Shown here: piece by piece, positions 29,918-38,878 of the stretch
How the letters are laid out: each line of letters opens with the position of its first letter
Numbering within the stretch: position 1 is the first letter of the stretch
Notes under the pieces: generated by a model
Seen by the model: only the letters and a program-made list of their open reading frames with translations
Databases searched by the model: none
What the model was told of the DNA's origin: nothing
Translations under genes and position numbers: made by a program
Source of the DNA: a virus
IMG/VR virus record: IMGVR_UViG_3300009514_000013
Coordinates: 1-64,000 of that record
DNA: 64,000 bases
Reading direction: 5' to 3' (one strand)

Positions 29918-30077
29918 GAGGGATCTTTATAGGTACACACCGAATTCACTACGTTGGGATCTCATGCATGGTGTCGCTCACCCTTTGGGAGATGCATTAC
30001 GCTTGTCTTTGATTCTCAAGGTTGAGGCAGAACTAGAAAGGTATAAAAATGGAGAAAATCAAAGAACTAACACCTGA
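29907..30077 (+). CDS. degenerate SLxx-like microprotein (start uncertain)
   Basis: DLYR..NSLRWDLMH..HPLGDALRLSL..ELE 4-residue Leu periodicity. Confidence 0.4.
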   Translation: MRIKRDLYRYTPNSLRWDLMHGVAHPLGDALRLSLILKVEAELERYKNGENQRTNT

Positions 30078-31002
30078 ACAGAAAGCCGAGATGGTTGTCT
30101 GGCGAAAGCGATGGTTTGACATTGGGTCATGTTGCGATCCAGCTGACAAGCCAAAAGCAGAAGCAGCCATCTCGAAGATGTACGAGCTCATCGGTCAGAC
30201 TGCACCAAAGTTCATTTGGTGCAAGAGTCCACTTGATGCAAATCGAGAGATTCACCGCTACTCAAAAGGGTTACCGGCTGATCATTCTCTCGAAGGTGAA
30301 GACATCGAAATCCAGGGGGCATACCAATGGGGGCAGATGGACTCCTACTGGATTTCTTTCTACCTCTTCTGTCGGGATGTAGTTGGTGTTGAGTACTCTG
30401 AGAAAGATTCAGAGACGTTGGACCTATGGTCTGAGATTGCTCAGTCTTGTGGTTGGTGGTGGCCTTATGAAGGTGTGTGTTTTGTGTCTGACCGCCCTCT
30501 TGCGGTTCATTGGGAAGACGATCGGGATCCTCCTAGGATTCACAATCCGAATGGACCAGCTGTGGAGTACCGTGATGGATTCAAGGTCTACGCTATTCGG
30601 GACATCCGGGTAGAGCCAAGGATTATCGAGAATCCAGAAACCATCACGTTCGAGGAGATACTCAGAGAGCGAAACGCTGAGATCCGTAGAGTCCTACTCA
30701 GGCAATACGGTGAAGAGCGATTTGTGAATGATTCGCGAGTGAAGATGTTTGCCCAAGATGAAGAAGGTATCCTCTATTCGATTGATGGTGAGGACATCGA
30801 CTTCATGTTGCTCAAGGTCATCAATTCAACGCCTGAACCAGATGGTAGCCTTAAGCCGTATTTTCTCACGACGTTCACTAGTACTGAGACGACGAGAGAG
30901 AATACTGGTATCGACTACCACGGACCATGGACACCTCACGCAGCTAGAGCGATCAGCTTCAAGATTCATCCAGACAAGTTCAATTGTTTGATGGAGACCT
31001 AG
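30049..31002 (+). CDS. DUF6745-domain protein
   Basis: IKELTPEQ, WCKSP, WGQMDSYW, SCGWWWPYEGVCFVSDRP, IHNPNGPAVEYRDG, ERNAEIRRV, VINSTPEPDGS..YFL. Confidence 0.8.
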   Translation: MEKIKELTPEQKAEMVVWRKRWFDIGSCCDPADKPKAEAAISKMYELIGQTAPKFIWCKSPLDANREIHRYSKGLPADHSLEGEDIEIQGAYQWGQMDSYWISFYLFCRDVVGVEYSEKDSETLDLWSEIAQSCGWWWPYEGVCFVSDRPLAVHWEDDRDPPRIHNPNGPAVEYRDGFKVYAIRDIRVEPRIIENPETITFEEILRERNAEIRRVLLRQYGEERFVNDSRVKMFAQDEEGILYSIDGEDIDFMLLKVINSTPEPDGSLKPYFLTTFTSTETTRENTGIDYHGPWTPHAARAISFKIHPDKFNCLMET

Positions 31003-31003
31003 G

Positions 31004-31189
31004 ATGAAGAAAGTTGAAATGAAACCTCTTAGCTCCTCGCTTAGGTCCTCGTTTAGCTCCTCGCTTTGGTCCTCGCTTGGCTCCTCGCTTTGGTCCTCGC
31101 TTGGCTCCTCGCTTAGGTCCTCGCTTGGCTCCTCGCTTGGCTCCTCGCTTAGGTCCTCGCTTGAGGAAGAGTTGAGGTCTCGACGTTAA
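31004..31189 (+). CDS. SLxx repeat microprotein 7 (about 12 units)
   Basis: MKKVEMK-PLSS-(SLxx)n-EEL; starts 1 nt after the DUF6745 stop. Confidence 0.72.
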   Translation: MKKVEMKPLSSSLRSSFSSSLWSSLGSSLWSSLGSSLRSSLGSSLGSSLRSSLEEELRSRR

Positions 31190-31200
31190 AGCGATTTAAC
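31185..31200. promoter_or_regulatory. 16-bp palindromic site GTTAAA-GCGA-TTTAAC
   Basis: contains stop codon of upstream gene; ATG 4 nt downstream. Confidence 0.65.
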
Positions 31201-31374
31201 CGCCATGAACTTCCTCCTAGCCACATCAGTTCCCCCTAAGCAACCTCCTGAACTGGAAGAAAACCCCCCTCTCCCGGTTCAGGAGGTTGTACCCAACACC
31301 CCACCAACCTACTCAGAAGCTGTCGAAGATACCCTCTCAGATGAAGAGGATTACGTACCATTCGAAAGGAATTC

Positions 31375-31647
31375 GTGGTGATCGCATTACGCCTTGTTAT
31401 TGTTAGCCTTTTCCTGTGCTTTGTGGCCTTCGTCTACGGTTTCGTGATAGCTCGGAATTCTATGGATGGAAACGTTGACCACATCAGATGCGAAGCATGG
31501 TGCGACCAGGTCAAAGCTACTGACTACAAGTTGATCGACTCTGGTTGCTGGTGTGAGCACTCAAATGTCTGGTTCAGACAAGCTGATTTCGAAACTGGAG
31601 TTGTTCGAACTTGTGACCAATCTGTTGAATCCGAGGTGGTGAGGTAA
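31375..31647 (+). CDS. membrane-anchored Cys-containing protein
   Basis: N-terminal TM, CEAWC, GCWC. Confidence 0.5.
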   Translation: MVIALRLVIVSLFLCFVAFVYGFVIARNSMDGNVDHIRCEAWCDQVKATDYKLIDSGCWCEHSNVWFRQADFETGVVRTCDQSVESEVVR

Positions 31648-31860
31648 TCCCATTCGTTCATCTGGTTGGTGATCCCATCTTTTTAGAACGACCTTTGTCA
31701 TGGAACGTTGAACTTGAGGTAAGGGAATGTTTGAAGACCTTGTTTGGAAAAGTCCGATTAACTTGGGAGAGATATCCAAATTCCGAGGAATGGTCATTTG
31801 ATTTGAAACGAATTTCATCATTGACTCAACCACCGACGATCATTGATGATTAATTCCCTC

Positions 31861-32595
31861 ATGGCAAAAGCACGAATATCCGAAAAGAAATACAACCTCC
31901 TCCTAGAAGCATTTCGCGAAGTCCCTGGAAGGACATGGAAGGCATCTGAGATCGCCGGAGTGCAGCCTAAAACCGCACAAAGAGCTTGGGAACGCGGTTG
32001 GGATGATCCGATATGGGCTCGAACTCCGATCAGAGAAATCGTCGAGAAAGAACAGATTGCAGCTAGAGCAGAGCTTCAACGCCAAGGTGAAAAAGAGAAA
32101 GCCAAAGACACGGCTGATCGCGAGAAAGCTAAACTCGACATTGTCCAACAACGAACCAAAGAAGCAGCCGGTATCAGGAACTCCACCACCAACGTTCTCG
32201 CCATCATTCAGAACCAAGGGAAATTCCTACAGAGTACCCAACGCATCAACGATCATCTCCTGGTCAAGTTTGAAGAAGATGTCAAAGCAAACAAGATCTC
32301 GGTGAAGGAGTACACTCAGATTATCAACAGCCTGGCCAATGCTGTGACGAGAGCTGTTCAAGGTCTGAAGACCGGAATGGAAGCAGCAAGACTCTACCTT
32401 GGAGAACCTGAGCAGATCGTTGGTTTCGTCCAACCTCAGGTGAACTATCAACTCGACTACAACAAAGCAGAAGCTACATTCGGAGCTGAGTTCATCAAGA
32501 AGGTCATGAGAGACTTGGCGGAAGAGAGGATGACTGCAGAGGTCGATCGCTTCTTCGAATGGGAACATGAGCAAAGGAACATGGAGTTGAACTGA
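31861..32595 (+). CDS. probable terminase small subunit
   Basis: N-terminal HTH (KASEIAGVQPKTAQRAW), helical body, upstream of TerL ATPase gene. Confidence 0.5.
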   Translation: MAKARISEKKYNLLLEAFREVPGRTWKASEIAGVQPKTAQRAWERGWDDPIWARTPIREIVEKEQIAARAELQRQGEKEKAKDTADREKAKLDIVQQRTKEAAGIRNSTTNVLAIIQNQGKFLQSTQRINDHLLVKFEEDVKANKISVKEYTQIINSLANAVTRAVQGLKTGMEAARLYLGEPEQIVGFVQPQVNYQLDYNKAEATFGAEFIKKVMRDLAEERMTAEVDRFFEWEHEQRNMELN

Positions 32596-32771
32596 TGAAG
32601 CAGTTGGAGATGAAAAATGTCAGGCGTGATCTTGATAAGACTCTTGGTTCCTCCATTGTCATGAGACTCGATGCGTTCATTACGTCATCTATTTTTCATC
32701 CACTCATGGATTCGCTTCATCAGTCACTTGTAGGCTCAGTACGTCGTGAAGAGAGAAGAGAGTTGAAGTGA
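32595..32771 (+). CDS. degenerate SLxx-like microprotein (58 aa, below ORF-track cutoff)
   Basis: my translation MKQLEMKNVRRDLDKTLGSSIVMRLDAFITSSIFHPLMDSLHQSLVGSVRREERRELK shares MKxxEMK start and ELK end. Confidence 0.6.
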   Translation: MKQLEMKNVRRDLDKTLGSSIVMRLDAFITSSIFHPLMDSLHQSLVGSVRREERRELK

Positions 32772-32956
32772 TGGAGCCGCTTATGAATGAAGTGAATTCA
32801 AAGCTCAAGCATCCGCTCATGGATCGACTCTATACATTGCTTTCATTTCAACCTCATATTCTACACCCGCTCGATGTTTCTCTTTGGGGATCACTAGGAA
32901 GATCATTCCTAGTAGGAGTTCGTACATGTTTGAACGAAAAGACGAGTTCGAAATGA
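32768..32956 (+). CDS. degenerate SLxx-like microprotein
   Basis: HPLMDRLY..HPLDVSLWGSLGRSF; coupled. Confidence 0.5.
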   Translation: MMEPLMNEVNSKLKHPLMDRLYTLLSFQPHILHPLDVSLWGSLGRSFLVGVRTCLNEKTSSK

Positions 32957-33096
32957 AATTCAGGTCTTTGAATGAGACCTTGGCAGAGTCGCTTGAGTAC
33001 TCCATCGAGGGCGCTCTCAGATTTTCACTTGAGAAACCGCTTAGGGATTCTCTTATCCGGTCGCTGGTGATGCATCTTTCCATGAAGAGTGAATAA
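32953..33096 (+). CDS. degenerate SLxx-like microprotein
   Basis: MKFRSLNETLAESLEYSIEGALRFSLEKPLRDSLIRSL. Confidence 0.55.
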   Translation: MKFRSLNETLAESLEYSIEGALRFSLEKPLRDSLIRSLVMHLSMKSE

Positions 33097-33461
33097 TGGA
33101 CTGGCTCCTTTCTTCAACAACTGGTGTTGTTCTACTCCTGCTGCTATTTCCGGCATTGGTTGGTCTGGTCATAAAACTGTTGCAAAAGCATGAACAGAAG
33201 GTGGAGCCTAGAAACAGCTATGAGTGTTGGATCAGGAAGAGGAAGATGAGAGTTGAAGTAGTCGAGATGATGTGTGACCCGGAGTCGATGAGTGAGTTCA
33301 CGGCTACCGTGTGGCGAGTTGATGAGAACAACAAAAGTCATATCGAACGATACGAATCGTGGTTAGGTGCGCAATGGAGACAAGGTCTAGATTTGGTGGA
33401 TCCAGAAACCAACGACCTACTGAAAACGGAGTTTGAACGATGGGTGAACAAGACAAAGTAG
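33096..33461 (+). CDS. membrane-anchored hypothetical protein
   Basis: N-terminal TM; TAATG coupling. Confidence 0.55.
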   Translation: MDWLLSSTTGVVLLLLLFPALVGLVIKLLQKHEQKVEPRNSYECWIRKRKMRVEVVEMMCDPESMSEFTATVWRVDENNKSHIERYESWLGAQWRQGLDLVDPETNDLLKTEFERWVNKTK

Positions 33462-33624
33462 TTTCCGACGAAGAGCTAGCACAAGTCTTTCATCAGAAGG
33501 CTATGGATGCTCTTGGTGTTTCTGGAGAGGTTGCACTGCAGATGTATCGAGATGGCAATACAGACAACAATCGATTCTGGGATGACATGCGTGTGCTTTT
33601 GCACATGTTCGACAGGGGTGAATA

Positions 33625-33942
33625 ATGAATGTAAATGACTTCGCCAAAAAGCTTGGATGGCCACCACCTACTGACGATCCAGCTTTCCGGACAATTGCGT
33701 TGATCTTCAAGCGATACGTCGTCCATTACATTAAGCTCTTCTTCATCTGGACTGTCCCGATGTTCGCACTTGGCGGTCTTCTCTCCCTTTGGGCTTACCT
33801 AGGCATCAGGACCTCTCTTTGGATCTGGACCCCTGATTCTTACATCATGTACCTAGCCTGGGTTTGGGGCTTCAATTCGATGTTGACCTTTCCAGTACTC
33901 GTACCGTTTGCTTTGTGGGTGGCAGACAAGGTTGGGTTGTGA
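33625..33942 (+). CDS. membrane protein
   Basis: two hydrophobic segments. Confidence 0.55.
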   Translation: MNVNDFAKKLGWPPPTDDPAFRTIALIFKRYVVHYIKLFFIWTVPMFALGGLLSLWAYLGIRTSLWIWTPDSYIMYLAWVWGFNSMLTFPVLVPFALWVADKVGL

Positions 33943-33944
33943 AG

Positions 33945-34316
33945 ATGTCGTCAATCCGATTGGATATTTATTCCTTTTTGGAAGAGCTACCTAAACTAGC
34001 AATGATGGATACAGTACTGGATCTGCCATGTAGTGCTCGGCTTGACCTCTATGAGGGTCTTGATACTCCATTAAGGGAGTCGCTCAACTTTTCAATGCAA
34101 AAGACGATTGAGTTCGAGGTTGGGTGAATGGCGAAATTGAAGCTATGTGGTACGTTCTCCCTACGGGATCATCTCCAAATTGAGCTTGAAGATGTCGTTG
34201 AAAAGAGCTTGTCTGAACCAGTACACGATATCATCATCGGTGAAATCTATGACATCCACAAATCGCTTAATACCTCTCTGTGGCGACACACTCACGTAAC
34301 CTTATATGAGCGTTAA
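33945..34316 (+). CDS. two small ORFs (33945-34127 and 34128-34316), highly degenerate SLxx-like
   Basis: GLDTPLRESLNFSM; FSLRDHLQIELED..KSLNTSLW. Confidence 0.4.
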
Positions 34317-34327
34317 ATCGCTTTAAC
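34312..34327. promoter_or_regulatory. 16-bp palindromic site GTTAAA-TCGC-TTTAAC
   Basis: contains upstream stop; TerL ATG 4 nt downstream. Confidence 0.65.
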
Positions 34328-34331
34328 ACCC

Positions 34332-36317
34332 ATGGCTGAACACTCTCTCCTCCACATCCGCAACCGAGCGATCCAGAAAGCCAGAGGCAACTACAACCAC
34401 TACGCCGAGTTCGCTCTTCGCAACAACTTAGGAGACCACATCAGGCAGGGAGTCCTTCACCGCATCTGGCAGGTTCACATCCAGCACTGTTGGAAGCATG
34501 GGTACGATCCAGCAATCCTGGCCCCATTTGCTCACGGAAAGTGCCAGCCCAAAGGTTCGTTGGTCCAAATGGCCGATGGGTCGAGAGTTCCTATTGAGAG
34601 GATCAACGGTGAACAAGTCATTGGTTTCGATGAAGAGGAATACTCGTTCTCTCCATCTTCTGCCCGGTCATTCCCAAACGGAGTCAAGCGAGTCCTCAGG
34701 TTGAATCTATGGTCTGGTCGTTCTGTTGAAGTAACCGAAAATCACCCACTCCTGACGGCCGATGGGTGGTCTCCAGCTACCAAATTGGAAGTGGGTGATC
34801 ATGTAGCTGTGTCTCGTAAAATTCCAGACGTTGGTCGTACTCGTCTACGTGAAGGTGAGGCGCGACTAATTGGGTATTTCATTGGGGATGGGGGGACAAC
34901 TACACGTCCGATTTTCACAGTAGCCGATGAAGTGATTGAGCAATCCTTTTGTGAGACTGCGAGGGGGCTTGGGTTTGATCCCAATTCTCACTGTTACCAA
35001 AAGACAGCGAAGACGGTATATGTCAAAGGTGCTAGGAAGTGGCTTCGTAGCATAGGCCTTCTTGGTTGCAACTCGCACACAAAGCGCATCCCGGAGAGCA
35101 TCTTCAAGGCACCTCTAGATCAGGTATCCGAGTGTCTCGCTGCTTATTTTGAATGCGATGGTAACGTCTCCACACAACGTACAGGGTCCGCTGAATACTA
35201 TTCGGTTAATCGAGATTTGCTTTCCGATGTCCAATCTCTCCTCCTGCGGTTCTCAATCAGATCTCAACTCAGACGAAAACGAGGTCGTTACAATGGTGAA
35301 GTTCACGAGTCTTGGCGCCTGACGATCACAGGGAGTGATAACCTCGAATTGTTCAGAGATCAGATTCCTGTGATCGGTTCGAAGCGGGAGAAGCTAAAGT
35401 CGATTCAATTGGTCAAGGCAAATGCGAATGACGATGGGGTACCTCTAGTGTACCGTGAGTACCTGTATCAAACTCCTTATTGGCATAAGAGGAATACCGG
35501 TGTTTCTCTCGACCAAATGTCAAAAAGGACTACCAACCGAGAGACTGTTCGGAAAGCAGCCTTAGCTGAAGGAAACAAGTATCTGATGAACTTGGTTTCG
35601 GATTGGGTGTCGTGGGATCGAATCGTATCGATTGAAGACATGGGTGAATTGGAGACCTTTGGGTTGGAAGTCGATCGTCTTCACACGTACATCACTAATG
35701 ACGTCATCGTTCACAACACGATTCAGCTAGTCGTTGGTTTCCCAACATTCCTACTCGGACAAGATCCAAACCAACGCATCAAGGTCATCTGTCAGAATGA
35801 CGTCAGAGCCATGGAGCGCGTCATGGGTATCTCTGCAATCATCAGATCAGCTCCTTACCAGGTCCTGTTCCCAAACGTCAGAGAGGTACCAAGAGAGCTC
35901 GCTAGGAAGAAAGGTCTACAGTCCAAATGGACTTCTCACGAGATCTTCTTACACAGAGAAGGCTTCGCCATTGACCCATCCGTTCAAGCAGCAGGCGTCC
36001 TCTCAGGCGGTACTGGTGGCCGTTGCGATCTCCTCATCTTTGACGATGTTGTTGACCAGAAGAACGCCATTGACCAACCAGAACTCAGACAGAAGGTGAT
36101 CGACAACGTAGACAACGTCTGGTCTCAAAGGCTCGAGCCGACAGGTAGAAAGCTCTTTGTAGGAACTCCATGGCATCAGGCCGATCTGACCCACAAACTC
36201 ATGGAGAGGCCATCCTGGTCGGTCTTACGCAACTGGATATCCGAAGACTTCAAACGGATTGAGATGGAGGTCTACAATCCACCACCTGGCTATCCGATTC
36301 CTGTGCTTCAGGAGTGA
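34332..36317 (+). CDS. terminase large subunit, N-terminal ATPase half, with intein
   Basis: APFAHGK/T Walker A split by intein; TGGRCDLLIFDD Walker B; GTPWHQADL motif III; no nuclease domain. Confidence 0.88.
   Translation: MAEHSLLHIRNRAIQKARGNYNHYAEFALRNNLGDHIRQGVLHRIWQVHIQHCWKHGYDPAILAPFAHGKCQPKGSLVQMADGSRVPIERINGEQVIGFDEEEYSFSPSSARSFPNGVKRVLRLNLWSGRSVEVTENHPLLTADGWSPATKLEVGDHVAVSRKIPDVGRTRLREGEARLIGYFIGDGGTTTRPIFTVADEVIEQSFCETARGLGFDPNSHCYQKTAKTVYVKGARKWLRSIGLLGCNSHTKRIPESIFKAPLDQVSECLAAYFECDGNVSTQRTGSAEYYSVNRDLLSDVQSLLLRFSIRSQLRRKRGRYNGEVHESWRLTITGSDNLELFRDQIPVIGSKREKLKSIQLVKANANDDGVPLVYREYLYQTPYWHKRNTGVSLDQMSKRTTNRETVRKAALAEGNKYLMNLVSDWVSWDRIVSIEDMGELETFGLEVDRLHTYITNDVIVHNTIQLVVGFPTFLLGQDPNQRIKVICQNDVRAMERVMGISAIIRSAPYQVLFPNVREVPRELARKKGLQSKWTSHEIFLHREGFAIDPSVQAAGVLSGGTGGRCDLLIFDDVVDQKNAIDQPELRQKVIDNVDNVWSQRLEPTGRKLFVGTPWHQADLTHKLMERPSWSVLRNWISEDFKRIEMEVYNPPPGYPIPVLQE
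34542..35717 (+). mobile_element. intein with LAGLIDADG homing endonuclease (392 aa)
   Basis: CQPKGS N-terminus, TENHPLL block B, LIGYFIGDG and LAAYFECDG, IVHN/T C-terminal junction. Confidence 0.93.
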
Positions 36318-36444
36318 TCAAGATCATGGACATTGCTGCCATCATAAGTTTGGTGCTGCTTCTGTCTGCAGTTCGAGGTTGGAATGATGAGGAGTAGACG
36401 GAAGTGAGCTTCGTCACAAGTCCTTGAAATCAGTTCTTTTTTGT

Positions 36445-36474
36445 TTGACCTCTCCGACCAGGTGTTTAAACTAT
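36445..36474 (+). promoter_or_regulatory. sigma70-type promoter TTGACC with TAAACT (N16) or AACTAT (N18)
   Basis: T-rich upstream element; ATG at 36481 without SD; heads DUF932 operon. Confidence 0.55.
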
Positions 36475-36480
36475 TTGTAC

Positions 36481-36948
36481 ATGAACAACACGGCAAGCAT
36501 CGAAGTGAAATCCACCAGCAAAAAACACACTACTCGCGACGATCGTGGGCGATTCGCTGCTGAGTGCATCACTTGCGGCGAAGCGAAATCAGACCCCATG
36601 AATGAAAAATGCGACGACTGCAACGCGCATGACTATGGACAATTTTAGGAGTAAGGAACGATGAAACTTTTCATTCGAAGCATTCCCGAAAACGTAACAT
36701 GGAACGAACTATTCGACCTGTGTGATAACGCTAGCAAAATGTCGGCCCTACTCGATGAACAGAACACTATCCGCAAGCGCGAGGGTCGTTCTACGCTACT
36801 TAGGACTGTGGTGCGACATAACCAGGTCGTTCGCCATCTGATGGATGTTGTCGGTCATGAAAGCTTCCCAGCATTCGCACATGCGAACGACTGCACTCCT
36901 GGCGACATGGCATTTGTACGATTTGCGTCACATCCGAAATATCTTTAG
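36481..36948 (+). CDS. two small hypothetical ORFs (36481-36648 with CxxC pairs; 36661-36948)
   Basis: follow the promoter; AGGAG/AAGGA RBS before 36661. Confidence 0.5.
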
Positions 36949-36983
36949 TGAAACCAACACAAGGAAAAGGAAAGGTAACAACA

Positions 36984-37859
36984 ATGAAACTGAACACAAT
37001 CGAAGCACTCGACAAGTACAACATCAACTTTGACGTCCGAAAGGTTCCCGTGACTCTCGCATCTGGAACACCAGTTCCAAACGTCAACGCAATGGTCCGG
37101 ACTGACACTCTCCAGCCATTTGAAGGAGTCTCGGTCTCCGATACCTACGAGGTAGTTCAGACCCGAGACTTCGCTGACATCATTGAGAGGGTCACTGGTA
37201 GATTCCAAGCAGATTTCATCAATGGTGGTTCGTTCAAAGAAGGTCGGGTTGTACATCTCCAATGCAAGCTACCTGACACGATTAGAGTCTTGGATACGGA
37301 TGACGTGATTGAGAAGTATCTGACCTTCGTCAATTCGTTTGACGGCTCATCACGGTTTCTCATCCTTCCAACATCGATTCGGATCTTCTGCCAGAACCAG
37401 ATGCCAGCACTGAACGCTGATGCTCGAGATCGAGGATTGAGGTTCAGTCACACTCGTTCGGTACGACAGCGGATTAAGCAAGCTGATGAAGCAATCCTTT
37501 CGGCTATGAACGCCTACAGGAAGACTGAGGAGACTATTAACCAGTTGGCATCGACTCAGTTCACCGATCAACAGTTCGAACAAGTCAACCGGATGATCTT
37601 CGGAGTTAAGGATGATGTAGAAGAGATTCCAACTCGAACGAAGAATGCAATGGACAAAACCCGAGATCTCTTTGAATCTGGTATTGGGTTGGATCGATGG
37701 AGGGGTACAGCGTGGGCTGCTTACAACGCAGCAACAGAGTATAGCGATCACCATCGATCGCTGAGAGCAACCACTAACAAGTTGGAATCTCAGTTGATGG
37801 GTTCTGGACTTCTCTTCAAGCAAAAGGCTCTTGGGGCGATCATGAACGTGGCTGCGTAG
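36984..37859 (+). CDS. DUF932-family protein
   Basis: YEVVQ, NSFDGS, TSIRIFCQN, RFSHT, GTAWAAYNAATEYSDH. Confidence 0.85.
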   Translation: MKLNTIEALDKYNINFDVRKVPVTLASGTPVPNVNAMVRTDTLQPFEGVSVSDTYEVVQTRDFADIIERVTGRFQADFINGGSFKEGRVVHLQCKLPDTIRVLDTDDVIEKYLTFVNSFDGSSRFLILPTSIRIFCQNQMPALNADARDRGLRFSHTRSVRQRIKQADEAILSAMNAYRKTEETINQLASTQFTDQQFEQVNRMIFGVKDDVEEIPTRTKNAMDKTRDLFESGIGLDRWRGTAWAAYNAATEYSDHHRSLRATTNKLESQLMGSGLLFKQKALGAIMNVAA

Positions 37860-37960
37860 GAAAGGTAGAATGGGATCATTATTTCGGGCGTATGGCCGGT
37901 AGATCTTCAAAAGAGAATGAGATCATGCGTGCTATGGGTACAATTCGTGGTTGGTGATCA

Positions 37961-38239
37961 ATGACTTGGGACTTCACAGGACTCAAACATGAGTACAGGT
38001 GCAATTCATGCGGATATTCAATCTACACTGAACCGGGAAAGAAACCTTCAGTTCTCTGTCCAGCGTGCAATCCGATCATTCTTCCTGGTCTAATGTTTGG
38101 AGACGATGACACTCTCCCAGGCTATCCTGTTGAACCTCCTGATGAAGAGTTGACTGAAGATGAACAAGCGAAGAAGAAGTTGGACAAGTTCTTTCACGAC
38201 CCAAAAGATCCGAAGAACAAGTGGTGGCCTGATGAGTAA
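37961..38239 (+). CDS. small zinc-ribbon protein
   Basis: CNSC, CPAC. Confidence 0.55.
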   Translation: MTWDFTGLKHEYRCNSCGYSIYTEPGKKPSVLCPACNPIILPGLMFGDDDTLPGYPVEPPDEELTEDEQAKKKLDKFFHDPKDPKNKWWPDE

Positions 38240-38299
38240 GTCATCAAAAGTGATGGGTTAAGCGTGTATGAGTACGCATCTCATCAAAAGTGAGGAGAT

Positions 38300-38878
38300 A
38301 TGACTACCTGGTTCACATCAGATCTACATCTTGGTCATAAACGGATGCTGGACTTCAGAAGAGATCCACTCGACCGACCATTCAACTCTGTTCAAGAGCA
38401 TGATGAGCACATCATTAGCCTATGGAACTCCAACGTTGACCCAAAGGACAACGTGTACATCCTGGGTGATCTGTCCTTCCTTCCGAAAGGCGAGCTGCTT
38501 GGAGCTCTGTATCGGATGAACGGTAACAAGCATCTGGTGCTCGGCAATCACGACAAGAGGAACCTGAACAACGAAGTGAAGAAGAGGTTCTGTTGGGTCA
38601 AGGACTACTATGAGCTGAAGTACGAAGGTCAACACATCGTGATGTCTCACTATCCAATGCTGGTCTGGAACAAGCACTACCGAGGTTCTTGGATGCTTCA
38701 TGGTCATTCTCATGGGCATCTCAAAGAGGACCCGTTGGCGAAGCGCATGGATGTCGGCCTAGATGCAGCGAAAAACCTATTGCCTAGTAAGGAGATGCGA
38801 CCACTCTCGTTCGAAGAGGTAAAGAAAGTGATGGACAATCGGGGATTCAAGGCGTTGGATCATCATGGGGCGCAATGA
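38300..38878 (+). CDS. calcineurin-like metallophosphoesterase
   Basis: SDLHLGH, LGD, GNHD, SHYP, HGHSH. Confidence 0.9.
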   Translation: MTTWFTSDLHLGHKRMLDFRRDPLDRPFNSVQEHDEHIISLWNSNVDPKDNVYILGDLSFLPKGELLGALYRMNGNKHLVLGNHDKRNLNNEVKKRFCWVKDYYELKYEGQHIVMSHYPMLVWNKHYRGSWMLHGHSHGHLKEDPLAKRMDVGLDAAKNLLPSKEMRPLSFEEVKKVMDNRGFKALDHHGAQ

